Of a DNA stretch of 16,288 nucleotides, positions 15,236 to 16,288 are shown piece by piece. The stretch is from Candidatus Methylomirabilia bacterium. Its GTDB lineage: Bacteria > Methylomirabilota > Methylomirabilia > Rokubacteriales > CSP1-6. Numbering within the stretch: the first letter of the stretch is position 1; each line of letters opens with the position of its first letter. Position numbers and translations under genes: made by a program. The stretch is taken from assembly GCA_041497895.1 (NCBI GenBank), contig JBGQHJ010000113.1, positions 1-16,288 of the forward strand. Direction: 5' to 3'. The notes below the pieces were generated by a model, which did no database searches, was not told where the DNA came from, and saw nothing but the letters and a program-made list of their open reading frames with translations.

Positions 15236-16048
15236 ATGGCATCCCTGCGCCTCACCCCGCTGCATCCCTCGCTGGGCGCTCTGGTGGAGGGCGTCGACCT
15301 TGCCGCGCCGATCGACCCGCCGACCCGCGATGCGCTGGCCCAGGCCTTGGCCGATCACCTGGCCCTGGTCTTTCGCGACCAGTCCCTGACGCCGGCCCAG
15401 TACCTCGCCGCCGCCTCCGTGTTCGGGCCGCCGATGGCGCAGCACTACTCGCAGCACAACATGCCCGACTTCCCGCTGATCGGGCTGATCTGGCACCGGA
15501 ACGGCCAGCGGCCCGCCGAGCAGTGGCACACCGACCACACCAACCGCGAGCGGCCCCCCGCCGCCACCATCCTGTACGGGGTGGAGATCCCGCCCGCCGG
15601 CGGCGGCACCAGCGTGGCGAGCATGCGCGCGGCCTATCTCGCCCTCGCGCCCGACGAGCGCCGGCGGCTCGAAGCGCTGACCACGTTCAACGGCCTCGAC
15701 GGGCACGCGGATACGCGGCCGGAGGATCGCGACAAGTACGGCACGCCGATCGAGCACCCGATGGTGCGGACCCATCCCGGGCACGGGTCGCGGGCGGTGT
15801 ACTTTCACATCTCCAAGGCCACCCACATCAGCGGCATGACGCCCGAGGCCAGCCGCGGCTACATGCGCGACCTGCTCGACCGCATGATCCGGCCCGAGAT
15901 CGTCTACCACCACGCCTGGCGCAAGGGCGACGTGCTGGTCATCGACGATCGTGCCACGATGCATCGGGCCCACGGCGACTACGACCGGAGCCAGAGCCGC
16001 GTCCTGTGGCGCATCATCGTCGAGGGCGATCGGCCTCGGCTGGCCTGA
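15236..16048 (+). CDS. TauD/TfdA family Fe(II)/2-oxoglutarate-dependent dioxygenase
   Basis: LVFRDQ, WHTD (HxD), GGGT, HPMVRTHP and WRKGDVLVIDDRATMHRA motifs plus a distal Arg. GGAGG RBS precedes ATG 15236. Confidence 0.92.
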   Translation: MASLRLTPLHPSLGALVEGVDLAAPIDPPTRDALAQALADHLALVFRDQSLTPAQYLAAASVFGPPMAQHYSQHNMPDFPLIGLIWHRNGQRPAEQWHTDHTNRERPPAATILYGVEIPPAGGGTSVASMRAAYLALAPDERRRLEALTTFNGLDGHADTRPEDRDKYGTPIEHPMVRTHPGHGSRAVYFHISKATHISGMTPEASRGYMRDLLDRMIRPEIVYHHAWRKGDVLVIDDRATMHRAHGDYDRSQSRVLWRIIVEGDRPRLA

Positions 16049-16059
16049 CCGGACGCCCG

Positions 16060-16288
16060 ATGCGCGTCGACCGGATCTTCGAGGGCGGGACGCTCCTGAC
16101 CATGGACGCCGCGCGGCCGCGCGCGACCGCGCTGGCGGTACTGGGCTGCCGCATCGTCGCGGTCGGCGACGGGGACGACCTGCGCCGTCACCTCGACGCG
16201 GCGCGGGTGGTGAGCCTGCAGGGCCGCGCGGTGGTGCCGGGCTTCCACGACGCGCACAACCACATGCCGGCCTTCGGCATGGGGCTCG
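16060..16288 (+). CDS. Amidohydrolase 3 (YtcJ-like) family protein, partial (runs off the window)
   Basis: Manual translation gives MRVDRIFEGGTLLTMD…ALAVLGCRIVAVG…LQGRAVVPGFHDAHNHM, with the PGFxDxHxH metal-binding motif. Confidence 0.85.
   Translation, partial: MRVDRIFEGGTLLTMDAARPRATALAVLGCRIVAVGDGDDLRRHLDAARVVSLQGRAVVPGFHDAHNHMPAFGMGL

Noticed and set aside
1..16288. CRISPR arrays, tRNA/rRNA genes, transposases, integrases and phage genes
   Set aside because: No repeat-spacer pattern, RNA gene signature or mobile-element protein motif was recognised by eye. A small structured RNA could still be missed without a covariance search.

Overview
GC-rich bacterial chromosomal segment with about 19 mostly metabolic or regulatory genes; the gene mix and style suggest Ca. 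Rokubacteria/Methylomirabilota, but that is inference only. In order: the end of an ABC ATPase, an Fe3+/FbpB-type fused ABC permease, an SDR, a REP-like hairpin, an LLM (F420-type) oxidoreductase, an SDR, a small exported protein, a TPR protein, a RimK-like ATP-grasp ligase, a MarR regulator divergent from an SDR with a palindromic operator between them, a second TPR protein, a PilZ plus pseudo-receiver protein, a three-gene minus-strand unit (His/Cys-rich leader-like protein, cytochrome c fused to a His-rich domain, outer-membrane beta-barrel), CitE-like lyase plus CaiB/BaiF CoA transferase, a DUF411/CopG-family gene, an EthD/DUF4286-like protein, a TauD dioxygenase and the start of an amidohydrolase. 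The top observation is that the ORF track splits the DUF411/CopG gene (14182-14646) at an in-frame TGA (14305-14307). This TGA sits exactly at the first Cys of the conserved CGCC motif and is followed by a SECIS-like hairpin, so the gene is a candidate Tat-exported selenoprotein (UGCC). The second is a possible metal-sensing leader-peptide (attenuation) system upstream of the cytochrome c/beta-barrel pair. No mobile element, CRISPR array or RNA gene was recognised.
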